A stretch of DNA of 64,000 bases from Candidatus Multivoradales bacterium (GCA_965223325.1 CBDCWI010000002.1:1984001-2048000); one strand, 5' to 3'. Positions 1 through 10,323 are shown, counted from the stretch's first letter. Notes: a model not told the origin generated them from the sequence alone. Numbers and translations: made by a program.

Positions 1-2472
1 AACGGGGTGGTCGGTGGGTCGTACCTCGAACGGGGCGCCGAACAGTACGTGGTGCGCGGCGATGGCTGGATGCGCTCAGCCCAGGACGTTCGGGACACCG
101 TGGTCTCTTACAAGAGTGGCGTTCCCGTCCTCCTCGGCCAGGTCGCCACTGTCGAGAGTGGACATGAGATCCGCCAGGGTGCCATCAGCCAGAACGGTGC
201 CGGGGAACAAGTCGCCGGCATCGTCCTCATGCTGCGAGGAGCATCGGGGCGCGATGTGGTTGCGGGAATTCGCGAGCGCCTGAACACCGTGCGTGCGAGC
301 CTGCCTGATGACGTGCGGATTGTGCCCTTCTACGACCGCAGCGAACTGGTCGCGACGGCTCTCAGCACGGTCAGCAGAGCCCTGCTCCAGGGCGCCGTCC
401 TGGTCACCCTGGTGCTGCTGTTCTTCATGGGCCACCTGCGCTCAGCCCTGGTGGTCTCTCTGCAGCTACCGCTCGCTGCTCTCGCCACCTTCCTCGCCAT
501 GCGCACCGTAGGGTTGTCCGCCAACCTGATGACTCTCTCGGGGATCGCGATTGCCGTCGGCATGCTTTGCGACGGTGCCATCGTGCTGGTGGAGAACGCC
601 GTACGAATGCTGGCGGAGCACGAGAGTGGCGAACCGCACCTTCGCCGTCGCCTGGTCACAAGCGCCACTGCCGAAGTCGCGCGGCCGATTCTTTACGGTG
701 TCGCCGTGATCATCGTCGTCTTCCTGCCGATCGCCACCCTGCAGGGCATCGAGGGCAAAATGTTCGCCCCGCTGGCCTACACGATCTGCCTGGCCCTGGT
801 GGCAGCTCTCGTTCTCACCTTCACCGTCATGCCTGTCCTCGCGTCCTTACTGCTCAGGCCTGGAGGGTCGTACTTCGGAACCTCGATTCCGCACCCTGCG
901 GACCTGGCGAGAAGAACCTATCTGCCGGTGCTTGCAGGAACCCTCGGCCATCCCCGGCTCGTCGTTGGTGTTGCCGTGGTGCTGGCCCTGGTGGCTGCCG
1001 TTCTGGTTCCGACTCTGGGCACCGAGTTTCTGCCCTCCATGGACGAGGGCTCCATCGTCGTCCAGCCGTTTCAGCTGCCGTCGGTCTCGCTCACCGAATC
1101 GCTGCGCAACGTGCGACGCATCGAGCAGACGATCATGGAGCTGCCCGAGGTGCACCGCGTCGTCAGTCGTACGGGGCGGTCCGACATCTCTTCGGACCCG
1201 ATGGGAGTAGGTGAGAGCGATCTCTACGTCTTGCTCGAGGATCGTGACCAATGGGAAACCGCCGCCACAAAGGCTGGGTTGGTTGCGGCCCTCAGAGAAC
1301 GCCTCGAGAGCATTCCTGGAGTCGAGTTCGGCTACACCCAGCCCATCCAGATGCGGGTCGACGAACTGATCTCTGGCGTCAAATCCCAGGTTGCAGTCAA
1401 GATCTTCGGCGACGATCTCGACCGACTGGCGACTCTGGCGGAGGAAGCCACGGTGCTGCTTCAGAGAATCGAAGGTGCCGTCGACGTCAAGACCGAGCCC
1501 ATCGAAGGGCTGGGTTACCTCGAGGTGAAGATCGATCGCCAGAGCCTCGGGCGTTTCGGAATCCGAGTCGAGCAGGTCCAGCAGATCATCGAAACGGCGA
1601 TTGCGGGCCGAGTGGTAACGCAAGTTCCCGAGAACGATCGACGGGTCGGCGTTGTCGTGCGGCTGCCCAAGGACTTTGTTGCGCAGGTGGACAACCTCCT
1701 CGCTCTTCCACTCTCCACGCCGGCCGGCGAACGCGTCGAGCTCGGCGAGGTGGCCACCATCGAGCTCGCCGAAGGCCCGGCTCAGGTTTCACGCGAGGAT
1801 GGCAAGCGTCGCGTGGTCGTCGAGCTCAACCTCGAGGGCCGGGACATTGGTGGCTTCGTGCGCGAGGCCACCACAGTTCTCGGAGAGGGACTCGAGCTTC
1901 CGACTGGCTGGTACATCACCTGGGGTGGTCAGTTCCAGCAGCAGCAGCGCGCGATGGCGCGCCTTCGTGTGATGGTTCCAGTCGCCCTGCTTCTGATCTT
2001 CCTCCTGCTCTACCTGAACTTCCGCAGAACCACCCCCGTTCTCTTGATCTTGGCCAACATTCCCCTGGCCCTCGTGGGTGGCGTCTTCGGTCTCAAGCTC
2101 TCGGGTCTCTACCTCTCGGTGTCGGCCTCGGTGGGGTTCATCTCGTTGTTTGGCATCGCTATTCTCAACGGCCTGGTCATGATCGAGTTCATCGAGAAGC
2201 TCGAAAGAGAAGGGCACGCTCGCCGGAGCGCCATCGTGGAAGGCGCCGAGATGCGCCTGAGACCGGTTCTGATGACCGCTGCCACGACCGCGTTGGGACT
2301 CCTCCCGCTGGTTTGGGCGACCGGCGTCGGCTCCGAGGTCCAGCGCCCCCTGGCGGTGGTGGTCGTCAGCGGAGTGGTCACCTCGACGCTCCTGACCCTC
2401 TTCGTACTCCCGGTCCTCTATCAGCAGTTCGGCGGCGACAACTTGCCTCATCCAAGGAATCGAGCTCCCTAG
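1..2472 (+). CDS. czcA: CusA/CzcA-family heavy-metal RND efflux permease (5'-truncated by window edge)
   Basis: HME-RND motifs: SANLMTLSGIAIAVGMLCDGAIVLVEN, EGKMFAPLA, GTEFLPSMDEGSI, RLRPVLMTA, GSEVQRPLAVVV. Frame is open from base 1. Confidence 0.92.
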   Translation, partial: NGVVGGSYLERGAEQYVVRGDGWMRSAQDVRDTVVSYKSGVPVLLGQVATVESGHEIRQGAISQNGAGEQVAGIVLMLRGASGRDVVAGIRERLNTVRASLPDDVRIVPFYDRSELVATALSTVSRALLQGAVLVTLVLLFFMGHLRSALVVSLQLPLAALATFLAMRTVGLSANLMTLSGIAIAVGMLCDGAIVLVENAVRMLAEHESGEPHLRRRLVTSATAEVARPILYGVAVIIVVFLPIATLQGIEGKMFAPLAYTICLALVAALVLTFTVMPVLASLLLRPGGSYFGTSIPHPADLARRTYLPVLAGTLGHPRLVVGVAVVLALVAAVLVPTLGTEFLPSMDEGSIVVQPFQLPSVSLTESLRNVRRIEQTIMELPEVHRVVSRTGRSDISSDPMGVGESDLYVLLEDRDQWETAATKAGLVAALRERLESIPGVEFGYTQPIQMRVDELISGVKSQVAVKIFGDDLDRLATLAEEATVLLQRIEGAVDVKTEPIEGLGYLEVKIDRQSLGRFGIRVEQVQQIIETAIAGRVVTQVPENDRRVGVVVRLPKDFVAQVDNLLALPLSTPAGERVELGEVATIELAEGPAQVSREDGKRRVVVELNLEGRDIGGFVREATTVLGEGLELPTGWYITWGGQFQQQQRAMARLRVMVPVALLLIFLLLYLNFRRTTPVLLILANIPLALVGGVFGLKLSGLYLSVSASVGFISLFGIAILNGLVMIEFIEKLEREGHARRSAIVEGAEMRLRPVLMTAATTALGLLPLVWATGVGSEVQRPLAVVVVSGVVTSTLLTLFVLPVLYQQFGGDNLPHPRNRAP

Positions 2473-2863
2473 GAGAAGCGCGCTTACCGGGAAGTTCGGC
2501 CAAGGAGTTCAGCGGACACGAGCATTTTTAGCGAAACGACCGCCACTCAGAGAGGCGCGCGCAACTCAGCTGGGAAGTCGCCCGTGCTCCCACCCTTCAA
2601 GTAGGCCCACGGGATCGGCTCTTCGATCTCGCGTGGGAGCGCTCCGCAGCCGAATGAAGCGCCTCGTGTTGCTCCCTTCGGACCGAAGGTCCACTCAGGG
2701 TATGGTGTCTCTGAGACCTCTTCGTATCCTGAGACAATGTCCTGCAGATCATCGCCGACTGGCTTGCAGGGTTGAAACCTACGCTGATTCCGCAGCCTGA
2801 GGACAGACGCTGACTTCGGAGCGATCTCCCCGTCTCATCACGACAAACTCCCTAGGATGCTGC

Positions 2864-4666
2864 GTGAATCTCGAGCAAGGACTGGTCTTGGTGGTTCTCG
2901 TCGGTCTGCTGGCAATGTTCCTGTGGGGGCGTTGGCGCTACGACGTAGTCGCCGTCGCCGGCCTTCTGCTGTTGGGAGCCGTCGGAGTAATTCCACCGGA
3001 GGAGCTCTTCAGCGGTTTTAGCAGCCCAGCCGTGATCACCGTCGGAGCCGTTCTCGTAGTGAGTGCGGCGCTCGGTCGTTCGGGCGTCGTCGACTTCTTG
3101 GCCAGATCGGCCCTCCAGCTAGCGGGCGCTTCGACGACGGGGCAGGTCTTCGCATTGGTATTGCTGGGGCTCGTCTGCTCGTCGTTCATGAACAACGTGG
3201 GCGCCCTTGCACTCCTGCTCCCAGTTGCCCTCCGCATCTCGGAGACTACAGGCATCTCGCGCAGCAAACTGCTCATGCCTCTGGCCTTTGCTTCGCTGCT
3301 TGGCGGGATGACTACTCTTATCGGTACACCACCCAACATCATCGTCTCCGGCTTTCGCCAGGCCTCGCTGGGCGAACCTTATCGGCTCTTTGACTACACC
3401 CCGGTAGGTCTCGCGATTGTCGGCCTCGGCCTCCTCTACCTACCCACCGTAGGCTGGCGCCTGATTCCCGAGCGGCGTTCCGAGAACATGAGCGAACGGT
3501 TCGAGCTCGGCCACTACGTGACCGAGTTTCTGTTGGCGGAAGGGAGCGCGCTCGAGGATCGGAAGGTGGCCGCATTGGCCGAGCTCGGACTCCCGGAGAT
3601 CGTCGTTCTATCCGTGGTTCGGGGCGGGCATCGCACGGCCATGCCATCACCAGAGATGAAGCTCGAAGTTGGGGATCGGCTGCTCATCGAGGTCGATCCT
3701 CGCCATGTGGACGAGTTCGTGGAGCAAACCCGGCTCGAGCTCTACCCCGCTGAAAACGACTCGACCGACAAAGAAGACGGAAACTCGGGCTCCCGCCACA
3801 AGATCGAGGCCGAGGACGTAGCCCTCGTTGAGGCCCTGGTGCTCCCAGCATCGCGACTCGTGGGCACCTCGGCGCGAGCCAGCAACCTCCGCAATCTTCA
3901 TCGGGTCAGCTTGATCGGTGTCGCGCGACGGGGTGCCTTCGTGCGTGGTTCAGTCGGTGACCTCGTGCTGCGGCCGCTCGACCTGATCTTGCTGCAGTGC
4001 GCCCGTAAGCGTCTTTCACCGACCCTCTCGGAGCTCGGCCTGCTTTCGTTAGCGCAGCACGAAAGCCTGCGTTCCTCGAAACGCCAACTCCTGCTGACGA
4101 CCGTGATTTTTGCGGCAGCGATTGTTGTGGTCGCCATGGGTTGGTGGTCTGCGGCCATGGCCTTTGCCACTGCGGCGATCGTCATTGTGCTCTCTGGACT
4201 CCTACCTACGCAGGAGATCTACAAGTCCATCGACGCATCGGTGATCGTACTCTTGGCGGCTCTCATTCCGGTTGGTCGTGCGTTTGAGTCGACAGGAGCC
4301 GCCGCTACCCTTGCTGACTTCATGATCGGACTCGTCGGCGGGCTTGCCCCCGTGTGGGTGCTGGGCACATTGATGCTGGTGACCATGATGCTTTCGGACA
4401 TCATGAACAATGCCGCAACCGCTGTCGTCATGGCACCGATTGCACTCGAGATCTCGAAGACCCTAGGCCTGGCGGCCGACCCATTTCTCATGGCCGTGGC
4501 CATCGGCGCGTCTTCCGCCTTCTTGACTCCGGTCGGCCATCAGTCGAACCTGTTGGTGGTGAACCCGGGGGGCTATCGTTTCTCGGACTTCTGGCGCCCA
4601 GGTCTGCTGTTGGAGCTGATGATCGTCGCAGTCACGTGTCCGTTGCTTCTCCGGATCTGGGGCTAG
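2864..4666 (+). CDS. SLC13/CitMHS-like anion permease with TrkA-C (RCK_C) domains
   Basis: SSFMNNVG, GGMTTLIGTPPN, SDIMNNAA, FLTPVGHQSN and PGGYRFSDF motifs, with a soluble central RCK_C region. Confidence 0.88.
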   Translation: MNLEQGLVLVVLVGLLAMFLWGRWRYDVVAVAGLLLLGAVGVIPPEELFSGFSSPAVITVGAVLVVSAALGRSGVVDFLARSALQLAGASTTGQVFALVLLGLVCSSFMNNVGALALLLPVALRISETTGISRSKLLMPLAFASLLGGMTTLIGTPPNIIVSGFRQASLGEPYRLFDYTPVGLAIVGLGLLYLPTVGWRLIPERRSENMSERFELGHYVTEFLLAEGSALEDRKVAALAELGLPEIVVLSVVRGGHRTAMPSPEMKLEVGDRLLIEVDPRHVDEFVEQTRLELYPAENDSTDKEDGNSGSRHKIEAEDVALVEALVLPASRLVGTSARASNLRNLHRVSLIGVARRGAFVRGSVGDLVLRPLDLILLQCARKRLSPTLSELGLLSLAQHESLRSSKRQLLLTTVIFAAAIVVVAMGWWSAAMAFATAAIVIVLSGLLPTQEIYKSIDASVIVLLAALIPVGRAFESTGAAATLADFMIGLVGGLAPVWVLGTLMLVTMMLSDIMNNAATAVVMAPIALEISKTLGLAADPFLMAVAIGASSAFLTPVGHQSNLLVVNPGGYRFSDFWRPGLLLELMIVAVTCPLLLRIWG

Positions 4667-4888
4667 CATCGAGACCGCGCGGTTGTTCTCGGCCAGGCAA
4701 CAAGGCAACGAGAAACAGCCCCGAATTGGAAGCGTGATTTGAGGCTATTTACGCAAGTTGAGGTCGTTTCCGCGACCTCGCCTCGGAGTTGGCAAGTGTA
4801 GTGGGCGATTTCAGGCCCTGCGGTGGGCGACTCTGCGCAGCCATCTCTGTGCATCACCGATCCCCTCCCTCGTCAAACATCCTAGCGC

Positions 4889-5746
4889 TCAGTACAACAG
4901 CTCCACCCATCTCCCCCCGGCAAGGAGCTCCGCCTTCCTGCGCTGCCAGGCCTCGGCCGACCCCAGGATCCCACTCAGTACATGGTCGAGCTCATCGCGG
5001 ATGTGCTCTAGACCCGCTACGTACACGTAGGTGCGAGGCTGGCCGAGCATTTCGACCAGCTCCTCGGCGCGCTCTTCGAGGGCAGAGTCCCAGGCAATCG
5101 GCGCACCCCAAGCTGGGCGCGGACTCAGTGCCTTCACCGCCTCGAAGGTGTCGCAGTCGTAGTACTGAGCGAAGTCATCGCGCTCGTCGTTCATGTAGAG
5201 CAGCTCGAGGCCAGTTCTTCCGCCGTAGTACAGCCGCACTTCTCCCTGCCAGTCCGGAATGTTCTGGTAGATGTGCTTGACCAGCGTCCTGAAGGGAGCG
5301 ATGCCGGTACCGGTGCCGACCAGGATCAGGCTGGCGTCCCTTTCTCGTGGCACCTGAAAGGGCATGCCATAGGGACCGGCCAGGATCAAAGTCTCGCCCT
5401 GCCTAAGGTCGCACAGGAAGTTCGACGCGATGCCTTCGAACTCCTCACCGCTGTACTCGTCGACGTAGCGACAGCGCTTGACGCAGATCTTGATGCGCTG
5501 GTGGGTCGCGTCGGCCTCGGGAAGGTCGGCAACGCTGTAGAGACGGAGGTGATCGTACTCGCCGAAGGCGCGGTCGCCGGGGGCCAGGACGCCGACGCTC
5601 TGCCCTACCTCGAAGGCGGTGTCGCGCTTGGCGAACTCGAGCAGAAGCTCGCGTACCTCGTCGTCAGACTGTTCGGAGGTGATGCGCTCGGACGACAGTA
5701 CGGTCGCCTCATAGCGTTCGCTGGTGTCGTAGTCCTGGAGTCTCAT
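4889..5746 (-). CDS. Plant-type-like ferredoxin-NADP(+) reductase
   Basis: RLYS, CVKR, GIASNFLCDL, GPYG, GTGTGIAPFR motifs and C-terminal Tyr. YVAGL stands where YxCGL is usual. Confidence 0.85.
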   Translation of the reverse strand: MRLQDYDTSERYEATVLSSERITSEQSDDEVRELLLEFAKRDTAFEVGQSVGVLAPGDRAFGEYDHLRLYSVADLPEADATHQRIKICVKRCRYVDEYSGEEFEGIASNFLCDLRQGETLILAGPYGMPFQVPRERDASLILVGTGTGIAPFRTLVKHIYQNIPDWQGEVRLYYGGRTGLELLYMNDERDDFAQYYDCDTFEAVKALSPRPAWGAPIAWDSALEERAEELVEMLGQPRTYVYVAGLEHIRDELDHVLSGILGSAEAWQRRKAELLAGGRWVELLY

Positions 5747-5961
5747 GTTCCTACTTCCTCTTTTGGTGGCACGCTCGTTCCACGACCCGAACGCTCACAA
5801 GGCCCGCGGCACCCACAGTTTCCACAGGCGAACAGACGCTCGAGGGCGTCTTCGCTGGACCTTTCGGGAAAGCTGCGCTGCCAGGCACGCTGAATCAGCA
5901 GCCAAGGCAGGATCAGCACTGAAATCGCGGCGCAGGCGAGCAGGAGATCGATCGTGTTCAT
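5743..5961 (-). CDS. Small single-TM protein with CxxCxCxxxC motif
   Basis: 72 aa with an N-terminal hydrophobic helix and CGNCGCRGPC. Stop overlaps the FNR start (ATGA). Lies directly after rnfA. Confidence 0.7.
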   Translation of the reverse strand: MNTIDLLLACAAISVLILPWLLIQRAWQRSFPERSSEDALERLFACGNCGCRGPCERSGRGTSVPPKEEVGT

Positions 5962-5988
5962 CTTTCTTTGACCTCTTTCGATCGGTCC

Positions 5989-6570
5989 TCAGCTGGTGAG
6001 GCCGGCGAAACCCATAAAGGTGAGCGACAGGATGCCGGCGACAATCAGAGTGATGGCCGCACCCTGCACCAGGTCGGGAGTCTGGGCGAGCTCGAGCTTC
6101 TCGCGCACTCCGGCCATCAACACCAACGCGAGGGTGAAGCCGGCGCCCGCGCCCAGGGCGAAAACGAGTGCCCCGAGGAAGCCGTAGCCACGGTTGGTCT
6201 GAAACAACACCACGCCGAGAATGGCGCAGTTGGTGGTGATCAAGGGCAGGAAGATGCCGAGGGCACGGAACAGCGCCGGACTGGTCTTCTTGATGAACAT
6301 CTCCACCAGCTGCACGGTCGAGGCGATGACCACGATGAAGGCGATCAGGCGCAGGAAGGGTACGCCCAGGTAGAGCAGCAGGCTGTTGATGGCGTAACCG
6401 CACACCGAGCTCACCAGCATCACAAAGGTCACCGCCGCCCCCATGCGGGTGGCGGTCTCGAGCTTGGCCGACACGCCGAGGAAGGGGCAAATGCCCAGGA
6501 AGTAGGCCAGCACGAAGTTGTTGATCAGGCACGCGCCGAGGAAGATCGAGAACAGGGAGGACTCGCTCAT
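5989..6570 (-). CDS. rnfA: Rnf complex subunit A
   Basis: NNFVLAYFLGICPFLGVS and GIFLPLITTNCAILG. Start placed at ATG 6570 (MSESSLF), overlapping the rnfE stop. Confidence 0.95.
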   Translation of the reverse strand: MSESSLFSIFLGACLINNFVLAYFLGICPFLGVSAKLETATRMGAAVTFVMLVSSVCGYAINSLLLYLGVPFLRLIAFIVVIASTVQLVEMFIKKTSPALFRALGIFLPLITTNCAILGVVLFQTNRGYGFLGALVFALGAGAGFTLALVLMAGVREKLELAQTPDLVQGAAITLIVAGILSLTFMGFAGLTS

Positions 6571-7208
6571 GCGGATCCCTCCCCGGCGCGCCGCTCGCGG
6601 CGCTGCTTCATAGCTTGGAACAGCAGCAGCCACGCTGCCAGGGTGAAGAAGCCGCCCCCGGGCAGGATCATCACCACCCAGGGCTCGAACGCGTCGTGAA
6701 AGAGACCAACCCCAAACAGCGAGCCGGCCCCCAAGATCTCACGTACAGCTCCCAGGGTGAAGAGGCCAAAGGTGAAACCGGCGCCCATGCCCAGCCCGTC
6801 GAGCAGCGAGCGAAACACGGTGTTCTTCGAGGCGAAGGCTTCGGCGCGTCCGAGGATCAGGCAGTTCACCACGATCAGAGAGATGAAGGCGCCGAGCGCC
6901 TTGTGCAGGTCGAGGCTGATCGCTTGGATCAGATAGTCGACCACTGTGACGAAGGTGGCGATGATCAGGATGTAGGTGGCAATGCGCACCTGGCGCGGAA
7001 TGAAGTGGCGCAACGACGACACCAGCAAGTTCGATAGCACCAGTACGAAGGTGGTGGCAAGGCCCATGGCCAGTGCGTTGATGGCACTGTTCGACACTGC
7101 CAGTACCGGACACATCCCGAGCAGCTGCACGAACACCGGGTTCTCACGCCAGAGCCCCTTGACCATCTCGTCGGCAGCCGGCGGCGGGGCGTCTTCGAGT
7201 ATGGTCAC
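6567..7208 (-). CDS. rnfE: Rnf complex subunit E
   Basis: GLWRENPVFVQLLGMCPVLAV and LIVVNCLILGRAEAFASKN. GTG start at 7208 overlaps the rnfG stop. Confidence 0.95.
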   Translation of the reverse strand: MTILEDAPPPAADEMVKGLWRENPVFVQLLGMCPVLAVSNSAINALAMGLATTFVLVLSNLLVSSLRHFIPRQVRIATYILIIATFVTVVDYLIQAISLDLHKALGAFISLIVVNCLILGRAEAFASKNTVFRSLLDGLGMGAGFTFGLFTLGAVREILGAGSLFGVGLFHDAFEPWVVMILPGGGFFTLAAWLLLFQAMKQRRERRAGEGSA

Positions 7209-7891
7209 TTCGAGTCCTCCTCGAAGGTGCTCGAGCGGCGCTCCACCAGCGGCACCCAGCGCTCGGTGCTGACGCGCAGCAGCTCCCCCACCGCCACCGA
7301 CGAAATGGTGGCGCCTGAGATGCCGTCGACCTGCCAAGGCTCGGTCTTGGCGCCGTCGGCAACCGCCACGATGGCGTGGCGCGGTGCACTACCGTCCTCG
7401 TTCAGGCGGACGTCGAGACGCTCGAAGTTGGCGAGGAACTCTTCGTCGGTCTCGATGCGATCGCCTAGACCCGGAGTCTCCCGGCTCTCCAGCACTTCGA
7501 AGCCGATGATTGCGTCGTGCTCGAGCGAGTAGCCGTAGAGGACACGGATCATGTCCTGGTAGCCCATGCCCGCCGCTTCGATCGCGACTCCGGCCAGCGA
7601 ACCGTCAACGCGATAGCCGGCGTGGACCCGCTCGCCCGCCTCTCCCTCGGCGCCACTTTCCTCGGCGCCAACGAAGTCGTCGCCCTCGAGGCGTAAGGAC
7701 CGGGTGCTGACCGTCTCGGGCAACACTTCGAGAATGGCGCGCTCGAGCGCCTCGGCACGGTTGCGCTCAATGGTCTCGGCGGTCGATTGGTGCACTACCA
7801 CGATGAGCAAGGCACAGGCCAGGCCCACTCCGACCATCGCCCGGTAGAGCGGCCAGAGCGGGGTCTGCGGTAACGTCTGAGGAGCGGTCAC
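7205..7891 (-). CDS. rnfG: Rnf complex subunit G (FMN-binding)
   Basis: N-terminal TM, GMGYQD, ETPGLG and the DGISGATISS flavinylation motif. GTG start at 7891. Confidence 0.93.
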   Translation of the reverse strand: MTAPQTLPQTPLWPLYRAMVGVGLACALLIVVVHQSTAETIERNRAEALERAILEVLPETVSTRSLRLEGDDFVGAEESGAEGEAGERVHAGYRVDGSLAGVAIEAAGMGYQDMIRVLYGYSLEHDAIIGFEVLESRETPGLGDRIETDEEFLANFERLDVRLNEDGSAPRHAIVAVADGAKTEPWQVDGISGATISSVAVGELLRVSTERWVPLVERRSSTFEEDSK

Positions 7892-8952
7892 GTCACCACC
7901 TCCTTCGCCGCCGGCTTCGCGCGCCGGGCGCCGTACACCCGCGGCCGGATCCACTGGTCGATCAGCGGCGACGCCGCATTGGCGAACAGGATGGCGTACA
8001 TCACACCTTCGGGCATGCCGCCCCAGATCCGGATCACCACCACCAGCACGCCGATCAGGCCGCCGTAGAGCCAGAGTCCAACCTTGGTCATCGGAGTAGC
8101 CACCATGTCGGTGGCCATGAACACGGCACCCAGCATCAGACCGCCTGCCAGGAGCATGAAGGCGGCGTCGGGGTGGACTGGGTCGAGGGCATGCAGGATG
8201 GTGCTTAGCACTGCGACGGTACCCAGAATCGCCACTGGGATCTGCCAACTCATCATCCGGCGTATCGCCAAATAGAGGCCGCCGAGCAGAATCAGCACGG
8301 CACAGGTCTCGCCGGTGGAACCCGAGACCATCCCCAGGGCGAGGTCGCCCGTGGCTGTGAGTTGCTGTTCGAACTTCATGGCGGAGAGCGGCGTCGGCCC
8401 ACTCACTGCGTCGTAAGTCGGTCTGCTGAAGGGCAGCGCCAGGGTGGACGACGGCAAACGCGTGAAGCGCTCGACCAGGAAGGATGGCTGCCAGCTGGTC
8501 ATCGCGGCTGGAAACGCCGCCTGGGCGAAGGCTCGACCTACCAGCGCCGGATTGAAGGCGTTGTAGCCTAGGCCGCCGAACAGCAGCTTGCCCACCACCA
8601 TGCCGAACACAGCGCCCGTAGCGTTCATCCACAGCGGCAAACCGGGTGGAAGGGTCAAGCCGTAGAGCAGGCCGGTGATCACCGCCGACCAATCGCTGAC
8701 GCTCGACGCCTTCCCTGAGAGCCGACAAGCCGCAGCTTCGGTGGCGACGCAGCTGCCAACCGCCACCGCCAAGGTTGCGAGCGCCGCCAAGCCAAAGGCG
8801 TAGACACCGAAGGCCGCCACGGGCAGCAGCGCCCAGACAACGTTGCGCATGATCACGTCGACACTGCGTCCGCTCATGATGTGCGGCGACGACTGGATCT
8901 CAAGCGTCTTGCGGAGACCGGAGGCGGAGCCCGCCTGGGAGGGGATGGTCAC
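7888..8952 (-). CDS. rnfD: Rnf complex subunit D
   Basis: SSPHI, KLLFGGLGYNAFNPALVGRAF, DAVSGPTPL and FMATDMVATP. GTG start at 8952. Confidence 0.95.
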   Translation of the reverse strand: MTIPSQAGSASGLRKTLEIQSSPHIMSGRSVDVIMRNVVWALLPVAAFGVYAFGLAALATLAVAVGSCVATEAAACRLSGKASSVSDWSAVITGLLYGLTLPPGLPLWMNATGAVFGMVVGKLLFGGLGYNAFNPALVGRAFAQAAFPAAMTSWQPSFLVERFTRLPSSTLALPFSRPTYDAVSGPTPLSAMKFEQQLTATGDLALGMVSGSTGETCAVLILLGGLYLAIRRMMSWQIPVAILGTVAVLSTILHALDPVHPDAAFMLLAGGLMLGAVFMATDMVATPMTKVGLWLYGGLIGVLVVVIRIWGGMPEGVMYAILFANAASPLIDQWIRPRVYGARRAKPAAKEVVT

Positions 8953-10316
8953 GCCGCCCCCTTCTGGAGCGCCTCTTGTCTGGCTGCCGCCTTGCGCACG
9001 GCGGCCTTGGCCATCCGGAAGTGCTGCACCAGCGGGATGTGCGAAGGGCAAACGAAGGAACAGCAGCCGCACTCGAAACAGTCCATGAGGTGGAACTCTT
9101 CCGCCATGCGCGCGTACTCCCCCTTCTTGGCCAGCAGGCCGAGCTGCGACGGGTTGAGGAACAGTGGGCAGGCCGCCAGGCAGTCGGCGCAGTGGATGCA
9201 GGGGTACTCCTTGCGGCGCGCCAACGGTGCGGTCTCGCGCTCGGTGAAAGCAACGACTCCCGACGTACCCTTGGTGATCGGAACGTCGAGACTGGAGGCT
9301 GCGCCGCCCATCATCGGACCGCCGAGAAAGACCTGGCTCGTGTTTTCGGCGAGATCGACCTGCTCGAGCAGGAAGCGCAGCGGGGTGCCGATCGGAATGC
9401 GGTAGTTGCCCTTCTTGCCGACCGCCGGGCCCGAGATCGTGATCACCCGCTCCTGAATCCCCCGGCCGTGCGGGAGCAGGCGCCCGATCTCGGCAGTGGT
9501 GGCGACGTTGGTGCACAGAGCGCCAGTGTCGAGCGGCAAGCCGCCAGAAGGCACTTCACGACCGAGCAATGCCGAGATCAGCATCTTCTCGGCACCCTGC
9601 GGATACTTGACGGGCAGGGTCACCACCTCCGCCGGCAAATCGGCGGGCAGGTTCTCCTCGAGCAGCGCGGCGGCATCGACCTTGTTGTCTTCGATGGCGA
9701 CGATCGCGCGCTCGGCCCCACTCACCGTCAGCAGATAGCGAATGCCCTCGTAGATGTCTTCCGACTGCTCGAGCATCACCCGGTGGTCGGTGGTGAGGTA
9801 AGGCTCGCATTCGACCCCGTTGACGATCATGGTGTCGACGCGTTTGTCCTCGGGAACCGCCAGCTTGACGTGGGTCGGAAAGGCGGCACCTCCCAAGCCC
9901 ACGATGCCGGCAGTCTGGATCGCCTCGAGGATCTGCCGGCGCGGCGCGTCGAGCGGACAGGGTGTTCCCTCAGCCACCTCCTGAGTGGAGCTGGGATAGG
10001 GCCGAAGGTAGATCCCGGTCACCATGCGCCCGCTGGCGCTCGGCACCAGACCAATCCGCTCCACCCTCCCCGAGACCGGAGCATGCATCGCCACTGACAC
10101 CCAGCCTTCGGGACGCGCGATCAGCTGGCCGCGCACCACCTCTTCGTCCTCCCTCACCACCGGTACCGCAGGGGCGCCGATGTGCTGGGACAGCGGCACC
10201 ACCAGAGCTGGAGCGAAGGGAAACCGCCGAATTGGCAGCGAAGCGGTGGTGTCCTTCGACTCCGGCGGATGGATGCCGTGCGGAAACGTGTTGCGTTGGC
10301 GCAGAAAAGAGAACAT
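8949..10316 (-). CDS. rnfC: Rnf complex subunit C
   Basis: GIHPP, QHIGAP, GIVGLGGAAFPTHVK, NGVECEPYLT, KYPQGAEK, GGPMMG and two CxxCxxCxxxCP motifs. ATG at 10316. Confidence 0.96.
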   Translation of the reverse strand: MFSFLRQRNTFPHGIHPPESKDTTASLPIRRFPFAPALVVPLSQHIGAPAVPVVREDEEVVRGQLIARPEGWVSVAMHAPVSGRVERIGLVPSASGRMVTGIYLRPYPSSTQEVAEGTPCPLDAPRRQILEAIQTAGIVGLGGAAFPTHVKLAVPEDKRVDTMIVNGVECEPYLTTDHRVMLEQSEDIYEGIRYLLTVSGAERAIVAIEDNKVDAAALLEENLPADLPAEVVTLPVKYPQGAEKMLISALLGREVPSGGLPLDTGALCTNVATTAEIGRLLPHGRGIQERVITISGPAVGKKGNYRIPIGTPLRFLLEQVDLAENTSQVFLGGPMMGGAASSLDVPITKGTSGVVAFTERETAPLARRKEYPCIHCADCLAACPLFLNPSQLGLLAKKGEYARMAEEFHLMDCFECGCCSFVCPSHIPLVQHFRMAKAAVRKAAARQEALQKGAA

Positions 10317-10323
10317 TGAAACC

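Noticed and set aside
4681-4720. GGTTGTTCTCG...CGAGAAACAGCC resembles the operator at 36521
   Set aside because: The spacing is different and it lies just after a stop codon between convergent genes. More likely a terminator-type hairpin and a chance similarity.
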